In this document: positions 39,601 through 54,662 of the stretch, in pieces
How positions within the stretch are numbered: position 1 is the first letter of the stretch
How the letters are laid out: the number at the start of each line of letters is the position of its first letter
From: Octopus vulgaris
Lineage: Eukaryota
NCBI GenBank assembly: GCA_951406725.2
Contig: OX597820.1
Span: 60,326,001 to 60,390,000 of the forward strand
Direction: 5' to 3'
Length of the DNA: 64,000 bases
Made by a program: the position numbers and the translations under genes
Notes under the pieces: model-generated
Seen by the model: only the letters and a program-made list of their open reading frames with translations
Database searches by the model: none
What the model was told of the DNA's origin: nothing

Positions 39601-42600
39601 TCTGAAGCTATCACAGAAGATGCTTATCCAAGGTGACATACAGTGGAATCAAATCTGAAACCAAGTAATTGCAAAGCAAACTCGTCAATCACATGGCCAA
39701 TCTTAATTCCACTGACATTAGCTGAGTTACTTTTACAGACCCGTTGTGCTTGAAGAGACCTATTGAGTCAAGTACGGCAACGTCAATACCAACATCAAAA
39801 TAAAAATCAAATAGAAATTATAGTTATGATACCCGTGCCGGTGGCATATAAAAAGCACCATCCGAACGTGGCTGATGCCAGTACCGCCTGACTGGCAACC
39901 GTGTCAGTGACATGTAAAAAGCACCAACCAATCGTGGCCGTTTGCCAGCCTCCTCTGACCCCTGTGCCAGTGGCACGTAAAAAGCACCCACTACACTCAT
40001 GGAGTGGTTGGCATTAGGAAGGGCATCAAACCGTAGAAACACTGCCAGATCAGATTAGAGCCTGGCGCAGTCTCCTGGCTTCTCAGACACCGGTCGAACC
40101 GTACAACCCATGCTAGCATAGAAAAACGATGTTAAACGATGATGATGATGTGTATATGGGTGGGTGGGGTGAAAAATGGGAAAACAATGAAAGTCAATTA
40201 GATGTACACAGTGAATATATTAGATTGACACTCAGTGAAAGTTTTAGAAGGAAAAATAAGAGTGGAAATGATGTCTTGAGCACAGCTCTTTGTCAGACAA
40301 AGGAAGAAGTCCAGAGAGGAAGAAAAGGAGGGAGGAGTAGGTAGCCTGGAGAAAAGCATGTTCGTTGTTACATGGACCAAAAAATAATTGACCAGAAGTT
40401 GGAGAGAGATAGAAAATGTGGGTTTTGAAGGTTGGAGAGTGCAAAAGTGGCTATTGTGTGTGTGAGATCAGTGATTACTTTCAATTTCAGAGTAGATTAG
40501 ATGAAAATTTGATACTCTGAATAAATAGACATTGCTGGTAATGTATTTACTAGTGTTGTTCAAGCTTATGTCCTGCCTTTCAACAACCAATAAAGATCCA
40601 ATAATATACAGATATTAAGATAAAAAACACTTGTTATGTTTAAGATTCTTTTAGCTGCACAATGAAGCTATTTCTAATCATCTCTTTGAAGAGTGTTTGA
40701 TAATACTTGTTAAAGTACTTTATCTACAAACCCTTTGATGCATTATACTCATTTAATATGAAGCTGTTTTATGACCTTCATACATCAAATCAAAGCAAGA
40801 GAGAGTCTGATTATCTGTTCCTGTTTATTTACTACTGATTATATTTTTATCTTTATCTTTGTACAAGAGTGTATAAACAGCTGAGGTTAATCATAGCTGT
40901 TTGCACCAATCATCATTGTCTAATGAGCCTAATCAAGACAGAACTCACAACCTTCCCAGCTCGAGCTAGCAAGGCTAGACTGAGTGGGTAGTAAAAGGCC
41001 TGATGGTATGACAATTTTCCTATTCTGTGGTGGTAGGCCCCTCATGTGGGATGCCACATGCTGTGAATCCTTCTCCAGCAGCAATTTGGTGTGTTCAGAT
41101 ACCAGCCCTGGCTCTGTTGCTCATCAGGCCAAGAAGAGCCAGCTATCGAGGTATCCATCACTCTCTGACAGGTTTATGGTTGAGCCTGTGGCAGTGGAGA
41201 CCTCTGGTGTTTTTAGCCCCATGGACAATATCCCTGGTCACTATTATTGGAGTGGAGTCAGCTATCCACATGTGTGAATGCTGTGAGTCAGAGTGGTTTT
41301 TCCAGCACATCTCCCTTGCCATCCTCTGGGGCAATACCTTCTCCATTTTGTCTGATGGGACACTAAGGTATTCTGACAAGACATTTTAGATATTTCTCTG
41401 TTATGATGAAGCAGAAAGATATGATAATTTAAGCAGAGCCTTTCACATCACCCGTTATTTTACTTATTACACATCCTTCACTCACAGCTCCTTTTTAGAG
41501 TTCAGAAGCCTCCATTACCATGCCAAAGTCACACATTTCATATCCCTAATCTGTAGCAGTGACATCTAGGGTAGGAGAGTCTGTAACATTTCCTACCAAC
41601 CAGCAAAGATCTCAAATAAACAAAGGATAATATGAATTCATTTCTTTGCTATTTACTGGGTCTAGGGGAAGAGGCCTAAAAAAGGTCTCCCTGGAATGGT
41701 ATAATTGATACCATTAACCCTTTAGTATTCAGATTACTCTGTGAAATGTAACACTTTATTCCTGTTGTTTTGAATTAATTATCTTGTAGCTTTGAGATTT
41801 CAATGAAGTGATTGTAAATTTTTATGATGACATTCTAGGGTAGGTGTGAGAAGCCAGATCTTGAGAACTTGAGCATAAAATGAGTAGAATATTTTGGTTG
41901 GATATAGCCGGTTTAAATGCTAAACGGTTGATGTTCCTCTTGGATTTTCGTTAATAGAATCTAGCAGGAAAGACATGAGCAAAGAAGGAAATCCAGTGAA
42001 CTAACATCCCGGGAAGGAAAAAACTAGTCATAGTGATTAGTATAGGGTTTGGATGGGTTGGTTACAATAAAGGTGATGAGAGAAAGACAAATGAGTGGAA
42101 CAGGAATACATGAGGGGAGGCAGCAGGAGTCCAGTCAACACTGAGGAGAAACAGAAATCATTATGGTATCAGTGGAAGAAGCACAGAGAGGAGACAGTGC
42201 ACCTGTGGGCCAGAGGCTGGAGGTGTATCTGTGAGTGAGTCACCCTTTTCTGGAAATGGTCTAGGACAGGGCTGGCCAACCTGAGGTCCATGGGCCACAT
42301 GCGTCCCGCAGACTTTTATCTTGTGGATCACTTGATACCTTCTTGTAATGGGTTTATTTAAACAAACATTTAAAAATTTTATCAAAAATTAAAGATTGTA
42401 ATGAAAAATAAAAAAGAAAGATATTACTGTTTGCAATAATATTTCATATTGAATCAACAATCAGTCATTCATTATTGTAATAATAGCATGAGAAAGCAAA
42501 ATACTTTCCATTCTGTCAGTACACAAGCGGCCCTCAAAATACTTTCTGTGATTAAAGTGGCTCACAATGTAATTTGAGTGGGCCAGGCCTGGTCTAGGAT

Positions 42601-45600
42601 GTCTTTCTGTGAAGCAGTAGCAGCACCTTACATGTAAGAATTACAGTCCTTTCTGGGATTTACCTAAGCTTTGCAGAGTAGTAATAATTACTGGGAGTTG
42701 AAGTACGTTCTGGCCCTAAAGAGAAGGGTTGGAACTTGAATGCAATTCTCGCAATGTTAAGGACGTACTTTTGCTATAAAAGATTCTCAGTGATGGTGGG
42801 AACCAACAATTGGAGCAATTGTGAGGGCCCTAAAGTACTGTTCAGCAAAATACTACTCTGTTTGTGAGATCAGTGGTAAAACATCACAAAGTTTCATTTT
42901 AAGTAATGGATGTGTTCTCTGCAAAATATTTGGTATTGTATCTTTTATTTATTTATTTCAGTCATTAGACTTTGGCCATGCTACAGCACTGCCTTGAAGA
43001 ATTTTTAGTCAAAAGAATCAACCCCAGTATTAATATTTCTTAAACCTGATACTTTGTCTATCTATCGGTTATTTTTGCCAGACTGCTAAGTTATGGGAAC
43101 ATAAACATACCAACAACTAATTGTCAAGTGGTAGTGGAGGAACAAAGACACACACACACACATACAAACAATGGGCTTCTTTCAGTTTCTATCAACCAAA
43201 TCTACTCAGAAGGCTTTGGTTGGCCTGAGGCTATAGTAGAAGACACTTGCACAAGGTGCTGCACAGTGGGACTGAACCTGGAACAACATGACTGGGGAGC
43301 AATCTTTTTATTACACAACTGTGCTAGAAGGTGACTACAGTAACCATCTAATTTGTTAAGTCTACAGGAAGTAGCCTGTGTCTGAGAGCCACAGCAACAT
43401 ATCATTTGGCAGACAACTAAATAAATACATGGAAAATAGAAAAAAAATTCTAAAAAACTTTGATTACAATGTACAACAAAAGTCAAATTATTGATGAATT
43501 AATTTCAATACCTTATTTTTGGATAGGTCAGGAAATGCAGAAAGTTCTTTTATTTGTGAGATAGTAGAATCCTTCTTGCCTTCTTGTGGATCATCTGAAA
43601 CTATATACATAGCTATATATATATATATTTATATATATATAATACAAATAAGAAAATGAAGAAACAAATTCATCTCGTTCATCAACTTATGAATATTACA
43701 ATTTTACATTATTTATTAATTAGACAAATGAGAACATCAAAAGCAAACAAAACATTATATAAATCAATGGGTAATATAATAATAAAAATAATACAAATAC
43801 ATATTTCAAAAGTCATATTATAAATGATTGAAATTCATAAACTACTTCTTACAGCTGTTTCAGCCTATGGTCATATACATAGGCGGATAAACAAAAGAAA
43901 AAGGCACTCAACACATTTAGTAAGAGCGACATGTATTACTTAAATATGGAGTTGTTTGAATATAAGTTTCTGATTCTAAGAATAAATGATACATTCAGTG
44001 TTTATGGAAGCAAATTATCTAGAAAACTCTCTTCTGAGAAATGATTTAATTAATGGGATTTTCGTGAGTAGAATGTTACACATATCAGGGGATAAAAAGT
44101 GAGTTGAAAATTTCCATGTAGGTACACGCTGCATTGTACTGTTTGAATATAAGTTTCCGATTCTAAGAATGAATGACAGATTCTGTGTTTATGGGAGCAA
44201 ATTATCCAGAAAGCTCTCTTCTGAGAAATGAACAAAGGCTTTGGTATTGTGGACAACAGCAATAGTTTCACTGAAGTTCTCAACAACAAAAGACAACTGG
44301 TTTGTGATGTGAAACATTCCTGTTCTATACTAAAGAAAAAATATCTAATTAGAAATGGTTTAATATCAAAATTCTGGATTGACTAAAGAAAATATGGACA
44401 GGTAAAGTAGTTGAATATATGGTTGTTTTACTCTCTGATGTGGCAGTAATGGTGTAAATGAGAACTGAGATAAGATTTCAAAGGCCAACAATCTAACATA
44501 CTAAGACACAATTCTGATTTCTATTACAAATGCAATATTTCCGCAGGGGAGAGAGCAATAGAGGGAGGGGGAGAGAGAAAGAGAGAGGGCGGAAATGTAA
44601 CTACATGTGGCTGGAATAAATGAAGAACTGAGTATTTATTTCACCAATGCAGAAATGATGTCCTACATACTGCACTCTCTCATCACTGAAATTTAATGTC
44701 ACTTATGTGATTAGTGAGAATTTGAGCACTGAGCCTTGATGTACTAAAGTAGTCACAGCAGAAAAGCCACCTACCCCCTCTTTCCTTAAAGTTATGCATT
44801 CCTCACACCCCGCTTTGTGTGTGTGTTGTATCTATGTATTTACGAAAGTATGTATGCAGTGTTGCATGTATATGACAGCTATAGTAACATTACCACAACT
44901 GTTCTTGCCTTCACTGATATAAGTCATCGTCTCTCTGTTACTATCTCCCTCAGACTAATATTTTTTTGCAACCTTCTCATTTTATCATATAATTCACCCA
45001 ACGCCCCGAGGGGAGGGGCATATTATAGATTTTTACTGAAATCCAATTAGCCTATTATTGAACTGGATATTAGTGTAACTTATGCAAAATTTCATGAATA
45101 TCGGTTTGCTGGTTTTGGCACTAAGATGGTAACAGTCAGACAGACAGAAATTGCCATAGATAATGTTATTTGGCATAAACTCTCTTGTTAAAAGTTAAGC
45201 AAGTGGAAAGTTAAGCTAGTTTACAAGGAAGTGTGTGTTGTTATGTAGATGAGGAGAGGTATTGCTTAATATTGTCTACACTATTTGTTTATTTATTTAT
45301 AATTGATTCAATCAATTTTACAGATAAAGTTAATTTCCACAGATAACACAATTCCTTCATTTTGACAAGTAGCCAATATGCTGTGACTAAAACGTAACTA
45401 CCAGCCAATTACTAGTGCAGGAACAAACTGACTGCCAGACTAACAGCAATATATAATAAGTAAATAAGAAAATGAATAAATAAATAAAGTTCACCCTATG
45501 ACCCCACATATTTGTTCAAAAATTAAATGGTCAAAAGGTGCCATTTTCTAGCACATTTTCAATTAACTTGAAACTTTGATTTCTTTTTACTGATAAAGAG

Positions 45601-48600
45601 ATGCAAATATCAAAAACCTCAACCATAAAAAAATAAAAATAATAGATAAAAAATAATAATAATGAAATATTAAAAAAATCATGAATTACTTTCTGTTTTT
45701 CATATCAATAGATAGATAACACATTAAAAAAATCTACCTCATCAAATCTGTTGGGGTTGCATGTGTTCTGTTGGCACTGGTTAGGTGAATAGATTAGCTG
45801 AGCAAAGACTGATAGGAAAGTCTTGAAATACACAATATGTAACAGAAGGTGGTGAAGGTAAAGTGCTTTTACACCACTCATTTCTGACTTTTTATTTTTT
45901 ACCAAAAATTTCCTTGGATTTCTGTTTCCAATATAGGAGAATATGATTTTGCCCAAAAATCCTATTTTCAAAATTTTAACTTCCCCCTTCATACTTCAAG
46001 TTGAAAATATTTCTCTTCCAAACTGTTCAGAATAAGCCAAACCCAATCCGTCATCATTGTGACATGGCCCTATAGACATAATGTTATGATATGAAACATT
46101 GTCACTTTGAAAATTGTTACCAAAAGAAAACAGATGGGATTCACACTCATTACATGTGTGAGTCTGTGTATGGCTGTGTCTTCTTGTTTTGACATCATGT
46201 ATCATCATCATCATTGTTTAATGTCCACCTTCCATGCTAGCATGAGTTGGATGGTTTGACAGGAGCTGGCCAAGTAGAAGACTGTGTGTCTGTTTTGGCT
46301 CAGTTTTTACGGCTGGATGTCCTTCCTAACACCAACCAAGCCACAGAGTGGGCTGAGTGCTTATGTGGCATCAGCACAAGTGAGATCAGTTTTGGTTTTT
46401 ACAGCTGGATGCCCTTCCAGATGCCAACCACTTCACAATGTGGACTGAATGCTTTTCACGTGGCACCAGCACTCACAGGGTCATCGACTAATTTGCAAGA
46501 CATAGAACCTTTGAGAGGGGAGAAGGCATTAGAGGAGGTGATTTTGTGTCAGATGATGAAAGGTTATAGTGAGGCAGAGGGACAAATACAGGTGTCTTGC
46601 TGTAGAGGAGATACGCAATCAGAGAGAGAGAGAGTTAACAAGAATGAGGACAGAAATACGTGTGCCTGCTGCAAAGGGAAGACATGGTTATCTAACCAGA
46701 GGGGAGAGTAAGAGAATTCCTTTCCAATATTCCGAAAAATCATGTTTTGAAAAATATTACCTTATTTGGGAACAGATGTGGGTTAGCAACAAGAAGGACA
46801 TCTGACTATAGAAAACCAGCTTCAACAAACTCTGTCTGACCCATGCAAGCACAGAAAGTGGATGTTAAATGCTGATGAAGAAGGCCTGGGTAAAGTTTTT
46901 AAAGAGGACCAGCAGTGACTACACCTGCAAGTCTCTACGTTCCACAACACTGATGATACCCAAGGGAGAATGGTAAGAGGGTCAACACAGCTTAGCACCA
47001 GTCTCATTGCAGGTATTGCCATCAAAATACATACAGTCTCAACTAAAACACAAGGAATCTAGTATAACATTTTCAGTTTCACTAATCCATTGCTCTGCGC
47101 AGGGAATAAAGTCAAGAGAACTAATGTTCTGGAAAGGCTGGCTTGGATATATTGACTTGAGTGAACCTGGGGACATAATATGGGTGATGAGAGAAAATAA
47201 TGAGTGAGTTGGGAGTATCTGAATAGATGTGGCATGAAAACAGCAAGCTATTAGGAGCAGAGGTCTCTATTGCATTGCAGATGTAGGAAAGGCAGAAAAA
47301 GGAGACAATATATTTGTAGACCAGAGGTGCTCTTTCTCTGGATGTGTGTGAGTGTGTGTGTGTGTAACAACAGTACTATTCCAGATATGGGAGTAGTACC
47401 TCATTCTGTGTTTCACCTGAGCTTTTATGATGAAGTTTCCACTATACTGAGGGTATATATTTGCCAAGAGACATTAGCAGTGATGAATGAGCCTTAGACA
47501 AACATAAACAATTCTGTCACAAAAACACAAAATTAGCTGCAACATCAATAGCTCCAAAACTCTATGCTGGGATAAATATTGGGTTGTCCGGAAAGTTCGT
47601 GCCGTCTTATAGTAGCTTACCTTTCAACTAACCCTCCCAGGCACCTCAATTCTGGGAAGAGGGTATTTTCAAGTTAAAGGAAAGATGGAGATGCATTGTG
47701 CAACAAAATGGTTCATATTTGGTTGATTAAAAATGTAATGGCAAGTATTTATTGTCCTTTTTCTTTCCTTTAAAAATCGGCATGAACTTTCCGGACAACC
47801 CAATACCACCAACAATAAATGCAGCAGAAACAATTACTGCTGCATTCTGACTAAGTCTCTGTTACAGCTACCACTAGGATTTATAAGCTTATAGATACAG
47901 ATATAACTAGAGAGAGAATACATGTTGATTCTTCAATGTACCCATATAATTAACCACTACATGTTGTAGTATGGTGTATTGTCCTCAGCTAAGCAGAGAT
48001 ATGGAATAACTGGAACTATAGATGTGTGGATGCTTGACTGAATATAACTATACATCCTTCCACACAGATGTAACTTAGATTACATATTCTTTCAAACCTA
48101 GATTACACAATCTTCCACACTTGAATATGAACTTGGATAATACTACCTTGCATAGTGTTGTTGGTTTGAGCAGCACAACTTTCCTCAGGATTGTTGGTTT
48201 GGACACCAGCACAACTTTCCACAGAGTTCTTGGTTTCAACAGTACAACGTTCCAACGAGGTGCTAGTTTGAATGGCAGCACTATCTTCCAAAAAATTGTT
48301 AGTTTCAACAGCAGCACAACCTTTCACAATGTTGTTGACTGAGACAGCAACAAAACCTACCACAGGATTGTAAGTTTGATCAGCAGTACAGCCTTTTGTA
48401 GTGTTCTTAGTTTGGACAACACAATCTTCCAAAGAAATGTTAGGCTGGACAGCACAATTTTCCATAGTATTCTTCAATTGGACAGTATTACTCCCTGCAG
48501 TGTTCTCGGTTTGAAAAACGCAGCCTCCAACAGAATTGTCGGTGTTCATAATACAATCTTCTACAGTTTTATTACTTTGGACAGCACTGTATTCTTCCAT

Positions 48601-50950
48601 GTTATTGCTTTGGACAATATCACTTTTTACAGTGTTGTTGGTTGAGAATGCACTGTCTTCAGCAATGTTATTTTTATTATCAACAGGTTTGGCAAGATCA
48701 GATTCAATCTTAGTAAATGGTTGGTTGAAGTTAAGTAGTGTGGTATTATTTAGTTTTGTATTGGAATCAGAGCAGTGATTTTCTGTGGCATTACTTGTGG
48801 AGAAATTTTGCATTTTGAAGGAAAATTTTACAAGGGGTGATGACTGATGGATTTGACTTGCAGTAGGATATGAAAAACGTTTAGTTTTTCCTTTTAATCT
48901 ACTTTTCCTGCTTAAAGAAAGACTGGCTGTTGACTTAGGTTTCACTGTTACATTTGAGTCACAAGAGACTAATAAATCTTTATGTTGTTTGCTTTCTACA
49001 TAGTTACACACTGAATGACAGTTAATATTTTTACTTTCAGAAGACCTTTCAGAAACATCATCTACCAATTTAATTTCTGACAAATTTGTAACAGAATCAA
49101 ATTTTTCAACATGTTTTTCTTGACTATGTATATCATTTAAACAATCTTTGACAATTTCTAAATTATTTTGAATGGAAGAATCATGTTGCTTTGACTCAGG
49201 TTTCTCTACATGTAATTCTATGCTGTGAGGTATGTGGTTTTTGTCAATATCCAGATTCACAACAGTCGTAGATGCTTCACAAATCTTCACTGGATCCTCT
49301 AATGCTCTTAAAGAATTTTTCTCACATGCTGCAGATTCAAATGAAGAATTAAAATCTGAACTTTTGCAACAATTGACAACTTCTTCATTGATTTTAAATT
49401 TATTTTCGTCAGAAACTAAACCTGTTACAGATGGACTATGATCTACATTAGCCACGAGGGAATTATGATCTGGAGTTCGTCCATCTGATACTTGATTAAA
49501 GGAATGTATATCAGTTGACTGGCATAACAATGGATTTACTGAAACCAAATCACACTTTGACTGATTTTTCTGTGGAATTGAAGAAGGTATGTCTGAGAAA
49601 TGAACACTCTTGTGCGTTGAAGTCTGTTGTTTATTTTTAATTAAAATAGAATGCAGTAGAGAATTGTCTTTGTTAATACAATCAGCTGGAGGAGTTGACA
49701 TGCTTGCTTTTTCAGATACATCAAAATTAGTAGTTGAGTAACTTTTAGAATCATCTTTATTAACAGCTTCAAATAATACTGGGGATGAAACTTCCATAGA
49801 ATATTCTGAGATGTCAGTTGTAGTAAAGGTTTTGTCATTTTCATTCAACTCGGTATGGATTGTTGAAGATAATATAGCAGAATCTTCCAATTCGGATGTC
49901 TCTCCATTTGGAGAAAATAAAGCGCGGGCAAAAAATTTTGATTGAGTAATTTGTCCTGTGTTTTCTTCATCTTTACACTCATCTGAAAAATATGGATAAT
50001 ATATAAGCAGTTAAACTACGTCAATAAATTCACTATAAAGTTTGAATGCATACAATGACGATGATGACATCCCAAACTACTGCTATTAAACTTGTGATTA
50101 ATATTTAAAAAAAGTTAAGGTAGTAAGGCGGCAGAATCATTTACACACCAGGCTAAATGCTTAGTGGTATTTTATCTGCCTTTACATTCTAAGTTCAAAT
50201 TCTGCTGAGGTCGACTTTGTCTTTCATCCTGTTAAGATCAATAAAATAAGTACCAGTTGAGCACTGCAGTTGATGTAATTGAGTAGCACCCACCCTTGAA
50301 CTTGCAGGCTTTGCATTAAAATTTGAAACCAATAAGAAAAGTAAAACCTAATGAGAAAAACACAGGAACTTAATTTAAATAATATATACAAGAAACAAAT
50401 TTAAATGTCTAAATAACTATTTTAAATATTTGTACCTTCAGAACTGGTCTTAATATAACCAGGTGGAGTTGCCAAAGAGCTGGTCCAAGAGTAAGTGGTA
50501 TCATCCAAGCTAATACCCAAACTGTTCTTGTTATTTGTTGTAGAAGTTGAGAAAAATTTATCTTCAGGCTGGTTGAAGCTGAAATAATTATTTACAGAAC
50601 ATAATAGTGATATTTATAACAGAATGTGTCATTCTAATATTACAGAACAGAAGCATTTTACTTTTTAATCACATTGCACTTGGTTCATGACTATTTGATA
50701 AATGTTAAGAATGGAAATCAGAGAAACACTATTCATCATGATTCATTTTAACGTCCACTTTTCCAGGCTTGCATGCATAGGTCGGATGGAGAGTTTATTG
50801 AGGCAGACTTTTTATGGCTGGATGCTGTCCCTGTCACTAAACCTTACCTGTTTCGAAGCAAGGTAATGTTTCCCCATGACTGGACATGTTTTCACATAAT
50901 ATTGGAAATGACTGACACCCATTTACAACCCTCACACATTATTATGACAA

Positions 50951-50988
<38 letters not shown>

Positions 50989-53395
50989 CACTCACAAATG
51001 CACACATGAGTTTCTTTTAGTTTCTGTCAAACAAATCCATTCATGAGGCTTTGATTGGTCTAGAACTAAAGTAGACACTAGTCCAGGGCCACATAGTAGG
51101 ACTGAACCTGAGACCATCTGGTTAGGAAGCAGAGTTCTTAATCACACACCCACAAATGTGTACATCTGTTTTCATTGTTGGTATAGGTTGGATGGTTTGC
51201 AATGGTTTGAGTCAGTTCTAATTCGAAGGTCCATGTCTTACTAATATGTTTTATATTTGGCTTGGTTTCTTGGGTTGGAAGCTCTTTCTAACACAAACCA
51301 CAATACATTATACATAGGATACACATTAGATAGGTTGTCATGACCATGGCAAGACTAAAGAGTCCCATTGGCTCTATGTTGACTCTGTTCAATTATGCAA
51401 TTGATATATAGAAAGTGTGGGGTGCACCTTATGATGGCACCAGCAATGGTAGGGTGCCTTGTAACTTGGGTGACAAAAGAGCCTACACAGCTCTCAGAGG
51501 GATATTAAGAGAGAGGGTGAGAGCATAAGTTGAGATAATTTAAAGCATATTGGGAAGCATAGATTTATTGTTGAAGAAAGAGTAGTGCTAGAGATTAGTG
51601 GGGTGTGTGTTTGTGAGTATATGTACATATGTATATACAAGCATATTACCTTGCTTGGAAACTGGTGAGAGATCATGAAGGGCATTATTGTGCATGTCTG
51701 ATGGGTGATGCTAGTGTCAAGTAACCAGCACCCATGCCGGTGGCACATAAAAAGCACCTTTTGAGAAGTGGGCCACATGGAGGCAAAGTGGCTGAGTTCC
51801 TTTCGAGCGTTGGGCCTCATGGAGGTAAAGTGGTTGAGCTCCTTTCGAGTGTTGGGCCACATGGAGGCAAAGTGGCTGAGCTCTTTTTGTGTGTTGGCCC
51901 TCACAGAGACAATGACTGAGACCATTGGCATTATGTCATGCTTGAGAAGAAAACCCATCAAACTAAGTAAAATTGCAGTCATGGCACATACAGGTGTCAT
52001 GCAAATGGCACCCATGCCAGAGGCATGTAAAAGACCCAATCACACTCTTAGAGTGGTTGACATTAGGAAGGGTATCCAGTAGTAGAAACCATGCCAAATC
52101 AGACTGGAGTCTGGTGCAGCCTTCCAGCTTGCCAGCTCTGGTCAAACTGTCCAACCCATGCCAGGATGGACAACAGACGTTAAATGATGATGATGACGAT
52201 GATCCTTTGTATAAACTCTTTTACTCTTTTACTTGTTTCAGTCATTTGACTGTGGCCATGCTGGAGCACCGCCTTTAGTCGAGCAAATCAACCCCCAGGA
52301 CTTATTCTTTGGAAACCTAGTACTTATTCTATCATTCTTGTTTGCCGAACTGCTAAGTTACGGGGGATGTAAACACACCAGCATCGGTTGTCAAGCGATG
52401 CTGGGGGGACAAACACAGACACACAAGCACACACACACACATACATATATATATGTATATATATATAAAGATATACATATACACGACGGTCTTCTTTCAG
52501 TTTCTGTCTACCAAATCCACCCACAAGGCTTTGGTGGGCCCGAGGCTATAGTAGAAGACACTTGCCCAAGGTGCCACGCAGTGGGACTGAACCTGGAACC
52601 ATGTGGTTGGTAAGCGAGCTACTTACCACACAGCCACTCCTACGCCTATAAAGTAAAGACAGTCGAATACCGTTAAGCATTTCGCCCTGCGCGCTAATAC
52701 TTCTTCCAATTCGCAAACTCATATATACACAAAAATAAAGATACATATATCAAATCTTTAGGGCAATGCAATTATAAAGCAATTTACATATTTGGATAAG
52801 TTTGCATGCTGTGGGAAATATAGAATAAAAAGAAAACAAAAATCTTTGAGAAGTGCTTTACTTGACAACTCATCTCACCTATGGTATGCAAAATTATTCG
52901 AATTTGCAAACTTTGCTAAATGATATTTTCAGTGATGCAGCCCTTGTATAGTTTTCCAAAGGAGTCTGGATTTAACTTATTACATATACTAATAGAAGTA
53001 AAAGCATGGGCTGTGTAGTTAAGAAATTTTCTTCCCAACAACATGGTTTAGAGTTCAGTCCCACAGTATTATATCTTAGGCAAATGTCATCTACTATAGC
53101 ACTGAAATGACCAAAGCATTGTGGATTTGGTAGATAGAAACTTGTGTATATAAGTAAGGCGGCGAGCTGGCAGAAATGTTAGCACGCTGGGCAAAATGCT
53201 TAGCGGTATTTCATCTGCCGCTACGTTCTGAGTTCAAATTCTGCCGAGGTCAACTTTGCCTTTCATCCTTTCGGGGTTGATTAAATAAGTACCAGTTATT
53301 CACTGGGGTCGATATAATCGACTTAATCTGTTTGTATGTCCTTGTTTGTCCCCTCTGTGTGTAGTCCCTTGTGGGCAGTAAGGAAATAAAAAACT

Positions 53396-53444
<49 letters not shown>

Positions 53445-54616
53445 ATAAGTGTGTGTGTATGTGTTTTTTTCTCTCTTAGTAGTGACCATGCATAATAGTT
53501 GTAGATGAGTGTCACCACCATACAATTCTGTAGAAACGTGTCCAGACATGGAGAAATATCATCTTGCTGGGAAATAGGTGAGGACTGGTGACAGGAATGG
53601 TATTCAGGCATAGAAATTCTGACAGAATGAATTCTATTTCAGCCCCTTGCAAGCATGGGAAAGCGGACATTAAAATAATAAATGATGACAATAATGATGA
53701 TTAAAGAGAATTTGATACATGTGGGAACTGAATCCCAATAGAACGTAATTGTAAATTAAATCTCAATAAAAAGAATAGAAAATGTAAATTTGGAAAATAC
53801 CTTTTGGAATGTAGACTTAGTGATGTAGAGCAGTGACTAGAGTCATTCTCAGACAAAATGGAATGTTCTTCAAAAATGTTCTGCTTATGAGATTTTTTCT
53901 TATTACCACAATAAGGAGTTGATGCTAAGGGAGTAAAAATGCATTTATTCATATAATTAGGTGATAGTGGAATTAACATTTTATCAAATATGTTTATGTA
54001 TAAAAAAAAAACATCACTAATGAATACTGTATTTGATGATATATAAGGCACATTTCTTTCCCCTTAAATCTCTTGAAAACTCATCCCAGGTCTCATATGT
54101 GAAATTGGGCCAAAATTACATGCTTTGATGCAATAAAGACGCCAGTACCATGTGGCTGATTCCAGTACCCCCTGACTGGTTCCTGTGCCGGTGGTACGTA
54201 AAAAGCACTATCTGAACGTGATTAATGCCAAGTCTACCTGACTGGCTCCTGTGCTGGTGGCACGTAAAAAGCACCCACTACATTCTCGGAGTGGTTGGCA
54301 TTAGGAGGGGCATCCAGCTGTAGAAACATTGCCAGATCAGATTGGAGCCTGGTGCAGCTGCTGGCTCTCTAGACCTTAGTCAACCATCCAACCCATGCCA
54401 GCAAGACTTTGATTGGCTTGAGCTATAGTAGGTGATACTTGTCCAAGATGCCACAAGGCTGGACTGAACTCATAACTATATGCTTGGGAAACAAACTTCT
54501 TAACCACACAGTTGTCCTTGTATCATACATGTGCAGAGAGGTGATAGTTTCAAAGAAAATTGCCAGGCCGCTCAAAGCTAGAAGTCTGAGAGTTAAGAAA
54601 TCAATGATTGTGATTG

Positions 54617-54662
<46 letters not shown>

